Source: the human T2T-CHM13v2.0 reference genome, Homo sapiens. From it: DNA of 64,000 nucleotides. This document shows, one piece after another, positions 27,321 to 41,321 of this stretch (positions within the stretch are counted from its first letter, which is position 1; each line of letters starts with the position of its first letter). Where the stretch lies: NCBI RefSeq assembly GCF_009914755.1, contig NC_060927.1; one strand, 5' to 3'. Below the pieces are notes generated by a model. It was not told where the DNA came from. It ran no database searches and worked only from the letters and a program-made list of their open reading frames with translations. Both the position numbers and the translations under genes were made by a program.

Positions 27321-29594
27321 AGACAACCTGTAGTGTCATAAATTATTTGGGTTTTCATATTATGGTAGTTTTTCTATTTAGGACCACTTGATTGTGAAAA
27401 TATATGGCAAAAATAAATCTTTGAGTGAATAAACATACCTAGTACACGGTAGTTGTTTAACATTTCCTTGCTGAATACATGAATTTAGTTATGTTTTTAA
27501 GTGACAGTGCATTTTACTAAGCACAATTCTAACTAAATATATTGGAAAAACAATACATTTCCATGTGAGAGGCAATTTTAAGTTCAGTCCATAGACTCTA
27601 ATTATAGCTCATGATTTTGATCATTGATTTTGCACCTTATATGGAGCTGAGCACTGAGTATTAGCTCATTTTTCACAACAAAATCATGGTGTATTATTTT
27701 TCAGAGTAAGAGGCTAGCCAAATTAAGTATTTAAAGATTTCAAAGTTATTAAGAGAAACAATCTATAGATAAACTGGAGGGCTTATCACATATACTACAC
27801 TGCTTTGCATGACAAAGCTGGGTGGGTGCTCGAGGAGAGCTTATTTACTCCCTTGCAATGCTTCCTCAGCCTCACCTAGCAGCCAGGTTCATTTCTGTCT
27901 GCATGCTCGACCTTCCCAGCTGAAGCACTGTCTAGCATTCTGCTTACTTATTGCTCTGGCCTTAAGGGAACTTAGATCTCTGTGAGGAAGCCCTTTGAAA
28001 TCCAAAGAATTAGTGTACAGTTTTTCTGTTCAGACAGAACTTTCAGCAAGGTCATGTCTGTTTCCTGAATGAACAGGATTAGGATGGAAAACTGGAGCCT
28101 TTCCCAGCTCAAAGGGAGCCAAGTTTCACTGTGTCATTTCATTATTCTCTTTGAAGTAAATTCCCAGAAAAATCAGATGCATCCATATTAAGCTTAAATA
28201 GAAAACACATCTCAAAGCCAAATGGACATGATTCAGGGAGTTTGCCACCATTTTGGATTGCCTATGCTTTTGTTCCCTTCTGTTAGTGAGAATAATCACA
28301 TTTTTTCTGTAACTTCATAGAATGCGGATTAATCCAGTGCAGCCATATTCCTGCAATGTATCCTGAATTATTCAGAGGATAGATCAGGGAAAGGAAGAGA
28401 TCAACTTTACTAAACATCTGATCCTATTACAGCGTCAGAGTTTAGTTTGGTTTGTTCTTTCAACCTGGCAGTGGAGATTATCTTTTATTTTTGTGATTTC
28501 ATTTCCCATGAAGTGATATTTCTATTGAGTCTGTAAATCAGTGGTCTGTTCACATAAAATAGATATGTCCACCCTCTTAGAGAGAAAATCCTTCCTAAAA
28601 ATCTGAATAGACAGATTTAAAAAATAGCCCCCAGAAAAATATCTGGCTCGCAGTTGGTCTCCTTTGTGGGATTAACTTCAAATCTGCTAACACATTAAAA
28701 AAAAAAAAAAAAAAACTAAATTATATGTCAACAAAAAGTCAAAATTAATCATGAAAAGGTTCAATACTATGTGTGAGAGAGAAAGACTTGTTATAGATTT
28801 AAAAACACTGTGTATGAGATCTGTATTTCTAGATGCCTTATAAACTAAACCTGTGGAAAAGAGATCATACCAGGTTTGCACACAAAGTAATGAAATGTGG
28901 AATCAGTCCCACAACTTTCTAGCCACCCAATATGTAAGTGTCCTAAATGCCTCTCATTCTGGGCACTCAATAAATACTAAACAGGGGCAGCAATTTCGTT
29001 TCCTGTCTAGTCAGGGTGTCATTATTTCTGTAAAGTCTCTGAGCTAGTGAGCACATAGAAAAACACAATCCACCACAACCTGAAATATGCCTTTGCCCTC
29101 CCACCTTCTCCTTTTCATGTGGCTTAAATTGCTGTGTGACCTACTGGAAACCTAAGAATATTAGCTCTCAGTTACCACTTCTTCAACCTTAACCTTTCCT
29201 CTCCCAAATGCCAAGAAGATATAGCAAGTCTAATCAGCATATTTTATTTTGCCCTTTTCAATAAGCTGTTTAGTGATGTTGATTTACTGTTGGAAGAAGT
29301 CTAAAAAAAACCTTCACTATCTTTTGCTCATGTCTCTGTTCCTTAGGGAAAATGGCATTTTATGTCACTGCTTGTCAGGGCGTTTTCAGTGTTGCTTTCT
29401 CCATTTTGGAGGTCCTTTGGGAGAGTTCACTTGGACCTTTCTCATGTCCTTCATTTATTAAAATACAAAGTAAGTGAGAGTAACTAACACCCAAATACTT
29501 ATTATTACTCTTGGTTATGAACCTTCTTTCATGCTACCGAATAACCATCTCTGTCACTATACAGCAGGACATGGTCCTATGCCCAAAACATTCA

Positions 29595-30780
29595 CTTGGC
29601 TTCCAGGATGCCACACTCATTTTCCTACTACCTCACTGGCTGTTCTTTTTCAGCCTCCTCAACTGGCTCCTACTCCTCTGTCCTCCAAACATCAGTATTA
29701 GGGTAGTTTAGGATTCCATTCTCCACCTTCTCTTCTCTGTGGATGTTCACTGCCTGGGAGAGCTTCTCCATTTCTTTGGCATTAGATATCTAAACACTGA
29801 TGATTCTCAAGTTTTTATGTCCAGTTTACAGCTCCAAGCTGCAGATTATTATACCCAACTCCACATTTAACATCTTGACTCTGATATCTGTGTGGTTTTA
29901 CAAACTTATCATGATACGAGAATTCCATATGTTCTCCAAATGTGCTCTTCCTCCAGACTCCCCATTTTAATAAAATGTGCTACTATTCAATCAGTTGGCC
30001 AGGCCAAAATCATATGGGGCATCCTTGATTTCTCTATTTCCTTCATTTTCCATACACAAGTCTTGCCAGTTCTACTTCCAAAATATATCCTGAAGTTGTC
30101 CTCCTCTACACTGATATGACTCTCACCCACACTACCATTTTTATTTTCTATTGACTACTGAGATAACTCCAGGATGGTTTCCAGCTTCCAATTTTTCTCC
30201 TCTATAGTCTATACTTTGCACAACAGAGTGACTTTTTTTAAATGTACATGTGGTAATGTAACTTCCCTGTTCAAAACTGCAGTATCTTCTCATTATGAGT
30301 TAAGTAAAATATGCCCTCCTTACTGTAACCTACAAAGCCCTGCACCCTTCCGTGCCCTGATCTCCCACCATTTGCCCTTGCTCTTCAATGCAGCCACCCT
30401 GGCCTACCTGCTTTTCTTAAAACACACCAGTGCAGTCTCGGCCTCATGGCCTGTCACTCATTGCTTTCTTTGCCTGGAATACTCTTTCCTCTTATCTCCG
30501 TACGGATCCTCTTTCACATCTTTCAGAGGATTTTCCCCATCCCTTTCTCCCTCCAAAACAGCTTTTCCTGCCTTATCTCCAGTGCTGCTTCACTCTTTTT
30601 CAAGGCACTTATTACTACCTGAAAATACTTATTTTTTAAGTTATCCATTGCCTGCCTCCCCCACCAGAATGGAACCTCAGTGAGAAGGCTGACTTTGTTT
30701 TGCTTAGACTAAGGTCCGATGCTTTCAGCACCTAGGACATAAAATAGCCGCTTAATAGTATTTGTTGAATAAATGGATGA
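29595..30780 (+). mobile_element. L2a, ~1.2 kb 3' portion
   Basis: cttggcttccaggatgccacactc, ctgatgattctcaa, ggcatccttgatttctct, terminal tatttgttgaataaatggatga. Confidence 0.85.
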
Positions 30781-31061
30781 CTGGTTAGGAGTCCTTAGTA
30801 AATAGGATAATTTAATATATTATGTGTCTTGTTTGTTACCCTTCATGAATCTCTTTGTTTTGCTTTATTTTGTTTTTATGTCAATGGTCTGCTAACTTTA
30901 AAAAGGATAGATCTATATTCTTACACAGAAACCCTTCCTAAAAGTCTGGCTAGATGGGATTAAAACAACAAAAAAAAAAACTGTTACTGAAAAACTGGAT
31001 TTATATTGTCACTTATTCACTTTTAAGGGTTTTTTTGGTCCAAATCTTCAAGAGATTATGG

Positions 31062-31208
31062 CAATGAGCTTCAAACTTTAATGTTTATAACAATTGCCTG
31101 GGGGAGCTGGCTAGTAAAGCCAGGATTGGGTTCTAAATCCTGATTTGTTAATAAGCCCCTAGGTGACTTTGATGCAGCTGCTCCTTCAACTCCTCTGAAA
31201 AATACTGG
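31062..31208. mobile_element. MER5A-like MITE fragment
   Basis: tcaaacttt...cctgggggagct...taataagcccctaggtgactttgatgcagctg...gaaaaatactgg. Confidence 0.55.
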
Positions 31209-32104
31209 GCTATGGGGTTTTGTAATTTCTTTCATAACTTTGAGAAAAATAGATACATGCCTGCCTGATTTACCACTAATGGAAAATCAGATTTAGGTGC
31301 TTAGGTGCCTGATGCTAAGTTCCTGAAGACCACAGCTCAGTCATGTGAGATAATCTGTCAACCATGGAGAAGGTAGGGATGAGTTTAAATTGAAAGTGGA
31401 ATCTTCCTAACACATTCTATTGTTGGAACCAAGTGGAAAGCATAGGCAAGAAAGCAGAGACAGAGTCCAGCAGGCCAGAAGCCCAGGAAGACAATAAGAG
31501 GGGGACGAATGAGGCTTAGAATGAAAGTAGAGATTTCCCTAAATGGAATTGGAATTCTTCGCAAACTGCCTGTTTGAAAGTTTACGGACAGGTTAAACTT
31601 GCCTGGCTGGTCACAGAGGGAACACACAGAGTTTTTCACCTCCTAGAGGTGTATGAAAAATGTACCATAACAGTATACAGCAAAGCTTTCTATGATGGTT
31701 AACTCATAGAAACTTTCTGTGTGTGCTCCACACAACTTTCAATTACCAGGTCACGTAGTGTGATTATTGGCCTAAGAGTTTTAGCCTGTAAGACAAAGTC
31801 CTTAATATTTGCAGCAGGTGCACATATTGTGATATGGGAGGCAAGCTTGGGGTAAAGGAAGGCATAGAGAAAGAAAATTCTTTGAGTTTGACATATATTC
31901 TACAATTTCAATTCTTGAAAGCATGCCATTTAATGTTATTAATTCTACTTATCATCATGTTTCAATCCCATAAATGTAGATAGAACAATTTAATTGCTTC
32001 CTATTTTTGCTTTCATATTATAAAGATTCCCTGCAATTGGTTTTTGGTCCTTTAAAGTATAATAGTAATTTTAATCAAACAGTTATTACTGACATTCATT
32101 GAAA

Positions 32105-32220
32105 GCCTATAGATGAAAAAACTGAGGTTCTGAGAGCTTGAGTAATTTTCCCCAAGTTCATATAATCATGAAGTATCAGAACTGAGATTCAGATCTGGGT
32201 CTGATGAAAACCTGTGCCCT
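32105..32220 (-). mobile_element. MIR fragment
   Basis: tatagatgaaaaaactgaggttctgagag...cccaagttca. Confidence 0.7.
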
Positions 32221-33839
32221 GGATGAGCTTCCTGACCTCAGTGCTAGTAGTCCTGCCTTGCTTCTCCTCTCTAACATCTGCCTGGTATGCCCTGTACACC
32301 ACAAGCAAGGGGTGCCTTCCAGAAGTCTCATCTAGTCTCCAAACTATTGAATTCTCGGAGTGAGCAGGGGCATTCATGGCCAGAGATAGTGAGATTGTGC
32401 TTCTTGGTCCTGAAGGTGAATATTCTGGCCTGGCTGGTGAAAGGGGCATCAGGCTGAGGCCCTCCCATCTAGCCCATCTGTGTTTGGCCCAGTCTGCCTG
32501 CCTGGGTATCTGATTACTTCTTTCTTTTTTATTCCACTCTAAAAATTGAGCCTTAACCAGAACTCTGGGCAGGGAACCTTGGCTATCTGAGACTGTTGTG
32601 TAGTTCTTTACAATAATTTTCCTTGGTGACAGTCACTGATTCCAATGTCATACCAAATGATTCTACACTGACTTCTCTCATCCATACCTTGAACACCTAC
32701 TGTTTGCCGATAATTAGTCCTGTTAGACACCCTGGCACCACCCCTGCCCTGCCCTGCCCTGCCCTGTCAGGGTACGTACATCAATCACCCATTATGCCTA
32801 GGATTCCCTACATTCACATACTGTGATTTTGCACTGGGGACCCATGCCTTTCAAGCTGACTCATGTGCAAGAAGAGGTCAAGGATGGAGTCTTTGTTATG
32901 ATTTGTAGTTAACTTACCCTAGTAAATAGGCCAGTCTGTTTTCAACGACTCAGGTCAACAAGGATAGGGATCTGGAACTCGGAAGTATTTTACAATCAGG
33001 TTAAAGATGAGTTTAGATTTCTGGAGGGATACACTTCAAATAGTGTTTATGCTCCCTGGATATCACACTCAGGAAACTGAATTAGGAAGAAACCTGCTTC
33101 CTTCCACTGCCTGGCTAAACAGATGGGACACAAAAAAAAATCCTGATATAGAACCATTCCTGTTGCAGAGAGGCATAGAATCCTGAGTAGAAAATGGAAA
33201 AAGATTTTTCCATTTTATGCATTAGCAGAGTTTATTTTAGTGATTTGTTTAGTTGTTAATCTTCTCTGTGATAGTGTGATCCCTGGAAGGGCCACCAGGT
33301 CTCTTGTGCTCATTTTATCCAGTAGGGGGACACAAAAATGTGCTCAATCATTGTCAGCTGCTGGAAGCAATAAATTTAGGGAATGTCTAAAGAAAGAAAA
33401 AGACCCTCATGTAAGCAAATAAATGATACTAAAGGAAAGATAGGTCTTGTCTGCCTTACCAGATATGAGACGTGATGCCCTTAAGTCTAGTGAAAACCAT
33501 CTACACGATAATTATGAGTGAAGATAATAATGGTAAGCAGTAGAAGCTTACTCTTCATATTCACATTGCACTTTTCAAATAACAACTGTAACATTTCTTG
33601 CTCAAGTCCTCAAAGCTCAGAAATAGTTATATTCGAAGTCTGTGCCAACCAAATGGATGTATTAAATACATTGCTGGCTAAAAGCCATCGAAAAACTCTC
33701 TTTTCATTTTTCCTTCACCCTTCTCTCTATCTATGCAAGAAAGACCTAGGCACCATGGTGCAAAATTCTACTATAATATCACTCTTGGAATTACCTGGCT
33801 TTGGAACATTGTACATAATAGTTCTAATGTAACAGCAAG

Positions 33840-34330
33840 AAATTTCCTCCTCCTGTTTATTTTTCTGAAGCTGTAATAAGCAATCCTGTGTGACATTGCC
33901 TGTGGTGCGGTTGCCAGGCAGCAGAAAGAGATCTGCAGCAGGAGGCGGGAGAGCGGGGGAAGAGAGAAGAGAAAAGCAAGAGAGGAGGAGGGGGGAGGGC
34001 TGAGCAAGTTGGGGGCTGGGCTCTCAAACTGCTGAGCCAGAATTCCATCTCCTTGTCATCCTTCATGTTCCAGGCACATAATGAGCCAATAAGCTGGGCC
34101 TTAGAGGGGAAATAAAGATGGAAAAAAAACAGTTGAATGTTGTCATTAAATAGGGTGTCAATAATGTGTTTTTATTTTGTGAAGAAAGGGTTTCAGCTTT
34201 TTTTTTTTTCTCATGAACTTTGCTTCCTGGTAAATGCAGCTGTACAAATATTAAAGGGACAGCTTCTCAGTGGGCCTGCTTTGCTCTAAAACAACAAACA
34301 ATTAACACATAACATCTTCCAGCACCGTGC
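33840..34330. promoter_or_regulatory. Candidate enhancer/promoter-like unique sequence
   Basis: Local GC/purine-rich island in unique DNA; near X-box GTTGCCAGGCAGC (33910-33922), G-rich Sp/KLF-like runs, CCAAT near 34086, SOX/FOX-like aacaaacaat; motif evidence only. Confidence 0.4.
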
Positions 34331-37300
34331 ATGGAGAACATACAGTTATAACCTGAAAGGTTTCAACTCCTCCCAAATCTCATGGTGTGGAAAAGTAAAT
34401 CACAGAGAAAAGGTACTCCACCCTTTATTGAACATGCAGTACTGAGACACAGCTTTGTACCTGAGAGCTGAGAGGTTGTTCAAGCTATTTCAAGAAGCTG
34501 GTCTCCTCATTGTGAGGCTTTCTTTAGTTTGTGAAATTGGGAGCTGCAGCTAAATCTCATCTCTTGGCTTTACAAGAATCTTGTTCTAATGAGATTAAAA
34601 TGATAGGACTGGGATCCGAGCAGAAGTGGTGAGGGCAGATGGCACACAGGTCCCTCCATGCTGGCTTGGATGTCCCCCAGCACAATGCATGGTGCCTTTT
34701 GCCAGCCTTCCAAGCTGTCTGTGACTGGATTGGACACTCTCCAGTGGTAACAGACAATGATTTTTATTTAGATGTTTGATTATTCTTACTAATCAAATAG
34801 AAAAAGAACAGAAGGTTTGTTCAAAACAAACAATGTATTTACAGATAGTTTTGTGTGGTGGATGCACATTTCAAGGCTCTGAAGTTGTTAGTTCTCTCAG
34901 AAGACTCAAACTCACCATGTGGGAGAGAAAATGGGACAAAGCATGTTAAAATGGCAAGATGATCAGAAAGCACTTGGAATTAATGTAATGATGACTAAGT
35001 TTCTTTTTTCACCTCAGCAATGGGAGTGAGAAAAAGGGAATGTTAAATTAGGATGATCAACTCTGAGAATTTTGAGGAATAACATATGGGAATCCCGTTT
35101 CCATCCCCGCTGCATATCCAGGCATATTTCTTCTGTGCAGAGACTGACTTTCCAGTCCCTTCTAAGGTCATGAATGAGTCAATCAAGGATAATCAGTGAT
35201 TTTTTGCAGATTCTAGGAGGAAGATAATGTGTCAGAAGAACAGTACTCTTTGGCATATACCACATAAAGAGAGAAGCAGAGACAGATAGGGGATTAAGCA
35301 GACAGATGGAATGATAAGAATAAGCAAGCAAACCAAGTCCACCAAGAACCAGGGCTAGGTGCAGGACCAATCACACTCTGCTGTTTTTTAGAAGGCTAAC
35401 ACTTTTTCCTAAGGAACTGCAAAATATTTACAGACACTTGACAGTTTTCTAGGTAGCACAGTTGGAATACGGACACTCAAGCTCTCCAGAACATCCTGTG
35501 ATTGAAGTTTTGTCTATACTGAACAGCAGGAGGAACTAATCAGGGAAGCTGCTGGTTTGCCTGACCACACTGGTTAACGACAGTCTCCACAGAGCCTCCC
35601 TTGGAGCTAGAGATGAAATATCACACTATTTCATGCGAAACTTCACTTTTAATCAAAGCAAGAGGAAAAAATCTTCTAGAGTCCCATAGTTGTGCCACAA
35701 TAGGAATTTCTACCAAAGTCTACAATCATTCTTCGTTTTTCACTCTTTAAACATTTATCTATCGTAATTTAGTTTTTATTTTATCAAAGTTATGCATGAT
35801 TTACAAGATATTAATGAGACTTTTGTTAGTTTCCTTTTAGATCTCAATGTTGATAGATGATAAATGATAGGACACCAACATTCTAATGGGAAAAGATAAA
35901 CCATCTATACAGGACTTTTAAAGAGGTGGTCAACATCCAATATTGTGACCCTGTGCCTAGATACAAGAGACTTCTCAGATAATGAAAGACCATTTTTTGT
36001 CTCTTGTTATGTGACCATCTAATGTGAAAGCTCTAGCGTTATCCTTTCATTTACTCATTCTTCTCTATCTCAAGCCAGGTAGAAGGATTCCATGGGATTT
36101 ATGTCATTGTGGGAATGGGACATGAGAGAATTCTGGGGAAAACTGACCTGTGTCTCCTGAGGTTTGGGAAGCCGTGAGTTCCAAGAGCAGCTGCATTTGG
36201 CATCATATTTGTCCAGAGTCTTGGACCACGAAGAAAATAACACAAGAGGAAAGAAAACAGCTAAGTTACTGACTTTCTGTGGCTAAGACAAAGGTTCTGG
36301 ACCAATTGAAATTCAAAGTGAAATACATCTGGTGTATTTAATTCAGTCAGAATAGATTAGATAGATTCCATTTTCTACATGCTGATAACACCTAGGGAAG
36401 GACTGAGGAATGGAAGATCAAACACACAACCTCCTTATAAACACACCTCTGTGCAGCATTTATAATGTACACACAATAGCCAGCATATCTTTCCTCATAA
36501 GGTTTGGATTGTTGAAAAGGTGTTAAAGCAATTTACAATGGGGTTGTGATTTTTATTTGCAGTGCAAATAGGAAAGGACTTTTGATGCAAAACCTTGTCA
36601 ATGCAGAAGCAAGGCATTATTTTCATGGTAGGAAAGATAAAGAAAAATAGAATCTGCATCTCCCTTTGAAGAATCTAGCCCTAGCTGCCAAGGAAAGCAA
36701 AATAACAGAACAAATAGATTCCTGTGAGAGGATAAGCACCTTTTCGATCCTGGGAGCTTTGTCATTTTTCAAAACTAGTACATTTTTCATAGTTTGCCAC
36801 AGTGATCTTCAAGTAGATAAATGGATATAGTCAGAAGCAAGTTAATTCCCATCCAGTTCCTTTTTAAGGATAACAGATAACTTCAAAGAGAAGTGGCACA
36901 AAGAAATGGTAGATGAAGAAAATAAAAGCACAGTCTGAAAATGAAGGGGTTCAGAAACCAATTGAAATAAAGCATGGCTTTAAACGATTTCTTAAATTAT
37001 TCACATGTCACATTATTGGAAAAGCAATGGTTTCTCTCAGCCATTTCTTCCTAAATGTTTTGCTTTTGTTTCCAGAAATAACAGGTTTAATTAAGTGTGC
37101 AATATATACTCAAGCAATCCAGACTAATGCACACAGGACTTTTGAAATCACTTAGAAGATTTTAGGAGAGATTTGGATTTGCCATGTTCGGATGCTAATG
37201 GAGAAAGCTGGTCTTCAGGGAAAGGGCATGCATGAGTTGTGTATGGCTTTGTCAGTGCTGTCAAAGCTAGTTATTACATTATTAGGAAAAAATGGTTTTG

Positions 37301-37339
37301 AAAATAGCAAACATTAAGCAAACTGGAAATAAAACTAAG

Positions 37340-37510
37340 CTTTGTTAAACTCCTTATATGTGTCAGGATAATTTCACATGCATTATTTCAATTAAATCTT
37401 AAAAAACTCAGAGGAAATGGATATCATTTCCCCATTTTTAAGATATGTAAGCCAAGACTTTGTGAAGGCTAAGGTTCTTTCAAACCCAAGGTGTCTGACG
37501 GCAAATCCAA
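37340..37510 (-). mobile_element. MIR fragment
   Basis: tttcacatgcattatttca...ccccattttaagat...tcaaacccaaggtgtctgac. Confidence 0.6.
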
Positions 37511-38094
37511 CCCCTTTTCAATTATATTTATTCATATCTCTATGCTAATGAAGATGCATTATCAGTAAATACTGTTTCTGATCAGGAGATCAAGATGTCT
37601 AGTAATGCATTAAAGGTGTTCTACCCATTTAATCTGGGATAATCATATCCTTAAACAGCCCAGTTAGAACACTTTTGTATGTTCATGTTTACAAAACAAT
37701 GTCAAGCATTTAATATAATTCAGTAAGAATGGTCACAAAATGTTGACAGTATGATTTACTGAACTTGCATACAAATGCTAGTTTCAGGAACACAGAATTT
37801 TTTTCTATAAGAGGAAGAGAGAGAGTTGCAAATCAGTCAAGGCCACTGGAGCTAGCTCATTGCCTCAATATGTTGCTATTTATTTTGTGATTACAAATTT
37901 AAAGCAAACTAAATAAACGTCTTCAGCTTTAAAAGGTACAAGTGCATTATACATTTCATGACTAGCACTGTCTTTTTTCTATAAACTACAAAGGAAGATA
38001 ATGAATGCAGTTGAGCACATACTGTGAGTAGGCTGGTCCAGCCTATATTTTATAGGCTGTGCAGAATAGCACCCTTGTAAATCAAATGGATGTT

Positions 38095-38201
38095 GAACAT
38101 TGGACTTTGAGTCAGGAAACATGAGCTCTAGTCCTGATATCACTGTTGAGTAGGCCCATGAGGTTTTTCCAGTGAATTAGTCTGTTTTGGCTTCATTTTC
38201 C
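38095..38201 (+). mobile_element. MIR fragment
   Basis: acattggactttgagtcaggaaacatgagctctagtcctg. Confidence 0.55.
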
Positions 38202-40262
38202 TAGATGTTTTGTATAAATGTACTTTTAATACATCTCAGCATTTATGAATATTTAGTAAGCACACACACATTGCCTGTTGAATTGACAAAATAAGAAATT
38301 GGGTTTGATTTTTTTCTAAAGTTTTATAATGTTCTAGATTTTTATTTGTTGAACATGTCCAGGTACTGGATTCTTTTAGAAGTTATTCCAAATAAAATAC
38401 AAGAATAAGTGGGCTTTTCTGAGTTTTCTGCCAAGGACACAAGGCATGTCAAAGTCTTTCAGCTAAAGAAATGTGACTAGAAATAGGATATGATATGTTA
38501 AAAGAGGTCAGATTTAAAAATAAGCTAAAACATTTTCTAAGACTTCCCATTAATAACATGCTACATTTTAGAAAAGGCACTAGGCAAGGAATCAGCAGAT
38601 ACATGGAATTTATTAACTGTTTTAGCACTAAATACCTCAATAAATTTGGCTGTCCCTTATTCTGTCTGGCTCCTGGTTTTCTCAGCTGTGAAATGAACTG
38701 CAGCATTGTGCTGTAAAGGAATAATGAGGGTTAGGTCAAAACATCCAATAGTCAGTCAAGAAGAAGCAAGCATTTGGGGAAATCCATATAATAAAAAAGC
38801 ACCATATTCAACCAAACAGAAAAACTGATACCCAAGTCATCAATGTAGCAAACAGAAGTGTGTGTGTGTGTTTCAAAATGTGTTTTTAAAAATTCTAGAA
38901 ACTTGTCCCTCAGTGGCCAAGATGGCTGACTACAAGCAGCTAGGGTATGTGGCTCTCACAGAGAGGAATGAGAGGGTGGAGTAAATACAGCACCTTCAAC
39001 TGAAACATCCAGGTACTTGTATTGGGACTAATCAAGGAAACAACTTGACCCACAGAGAACAGAAAGGCAAGGCAAAAGGATGGCCCACCCAGGAGTGACA
39101 TGGAGCCAAGGGAACCTCCCCTGCCAGGGAAGTGGTAAGTGAACATGTGATCCTGGAAAACCACACTTCTCCCATGGACGCTTGCAACCCTTGGGTCAGG
39201 AGATCCTCTTGTGAACTCACTCCACCAGGGCCTTCAGTATGATATACACAGCTAGGTGGAGTCTTGGCAGATCAGCCATTTGTGCACACAGAGAGACCTA
39301 GGTGCTTTACATATTCCTGCTCTGGGCTTCCCAGCAAAAGTAACAGCAACTCCAGCAAAGTGGGAGGTTAGACCTCTGTACGTACCACTACGAAAGAGGC
39401 TGAATTCAGTGGGCTGAGCAGTGATGATCTGCGGGCCTCATTTCCACAACATCTCACAAGATAAAGCCCACAGTCTTGGAATTCCAGCCAGCTACCAGGA
39501 GCAGTGTTGCACCTACTTGGGGAAGAAATCAAGGGGTGGGGAGGAGCAGGACGCCATCTTAACTATTTGGAAAACTCAGCCATTCCAGCCTGTGGGTGGA
39601 AGGGATCTCCCAACATAGCACAGCTGCTCTACCAAAATGTAGCCAAACTGCTTCTTTAAGTAGTTCCCCAATATGTTTCTCCTCACTGAGTGGGACCCCC
39701 ACCCTGAACTAGGACCCCTTAGCCACCCCTGCTGATGTTCTCTGGCCAAAAGAGATTTGAAAACTTCCTAGGACAGAGTTCTCAGAGGGATGAATGGGTC
39801 ACAATCTTTCCTGTTTGGGTGACTTAGCCATTCCAGCCTCCAGGCTTTGGAGAGCCCAAGCTGACTGGGGGTGGAAGTTGTACTCCAGTACAGCACAGCT
39901 ACTCTGTGAAAGTGTGCCCAGACTGCTTCTTTAAGCAGGTTCCCAATCCCATTCTGGCTGACTGAGTGAGATCACCTAACTAAGGTCTCCAGCCACCTCC
40001 TACAGGTGTGTTCAGGCTGGCAACAGGTCCATAGCTCCCTAGGATGGAGCTCCCAGAGAAAGGGGCAGGCTGCCATCTTTGCTGTCTCACAGCCTTCACT
40101 GGTGATCCCTCCAGGTACTGGAAAATCTGAGGTGACTAGGGACTGGAGTGGACCTCCAGCAAACCACAGCAGCCCTGTGGAAAAGTGGCCAGACCGTAAA
40201 AGAAAAAATAAAAATCGAAAGGTAAGCAATCTCAAAGATTGAAGGTAGATAAGCCTACAAAG

Positions 40263-41317
40263 ATGAGAAAGAATCAATGCAAGAATGCTGAAAACTCAAA
40301 AGCCAGAGTGCTCGCTTTCCTCCAAATGACTGCATCAGTCATTTGGGTTCAGAACTGGGCTGAGGCTGAGATGGCTGAAATGACATAAGTAGAATTCAGA
40401 ATATAGATAAAATCGAACTTCACTGAGCTAAAGGATCATGTTGTAACCCAATACAAGGAAGGTAAAAATCATAAAACATTGTGGGAGCTGACAGACAAAA
40501 TAGCCAGCCTGAAGAAGAACACAACCAACCTGACAGAGCTGAAAAACACACTACAAGAACTTAATAATGTGATTACAAGTATTAATAGCAGAATAGACCA
40601 AGTGGATGAAAGAATCTCAGAGCTTGAAGACTAACTTTGTAAAATAAGACAGATATATAAGAATACAGAAAAAAGAATCAAAAAGAATGAACAAAACCTC
40701 CAAGAAATATGGGATTATGTAAAGAAACTGAATTTATGACTGATTGGCAGAGAATGGAACCAATTTGTAAAACATATTTCAAGATATCATCCATGAGAGC
40801 TATCTCAACCAAGCTAGACAGGCCAACATTCAATTCAGGAAATGCAGACAACCTCAGTAAGATACTCTATGAGAATATCATCCTTGAGACACATAATCAT
40901 CAGATTCCCCAAGGTAAAAATGAAAGAAAAAATGTTAAGGGCAGCTAGAGAGAAAGGCCAGGTCACCTACAAAGGGAAACACATCAGACTAACAATGGAC
41001 CTCTCAGCAGAAACCCTACAAGCCAGAAGAGATTGAGAGGCAATATTCAACATTCTTAAGAAAAAGAAATTCCAATCCAGAATTTTATATCTGGCCAAAT
41101 TAAGCTTCATAAGCCAAGGAGAAATATGATCCTTTTCAGACAAGCAAATGCTGAGGGAATTCATTACCTCCAGACCTGCCTTACAAGAGCTCATAAAGGA
41201 AGCTTTAAATATAGAAAGTAAAGGCCATTACCAGCCTCTACAAAAGCATGTTTAAGGAGGCAGACCAGTGATACTATAAAGCAACCACATAAAGAAGTCT
41301 GCAGAATAACCAGCTAA
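40263..41317 (+). pseudogene. L1 ORF1 (RNA-binding protein), disrupted by stops and frameshifts
   Basis: RHIIIRFPKVKMKEKMLRAAREKGQVTYKGKHIRLTMDLSAETLQARRD in ORF track. Confidence 0.93.
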
Positions 41318-41321
41318 CATC

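Noticed and set aside
30174-30683. Longest ORF in the track (169 aa)
   Set aside because: Lies inside an L2a fossil; S/L/F/P-rich translation of pyrimidine-rich repeat, no recognisable domain
33319-33333. CTCF-like CCAGTAGGGGGAC
   Set aside because: Mismatches at the conserved GGC end of the core motif
39540-40100. Internal repeats in the L1 5' UTR
   Set aside because: Known feature of older L1PA 5' UTRs, not locus-specific
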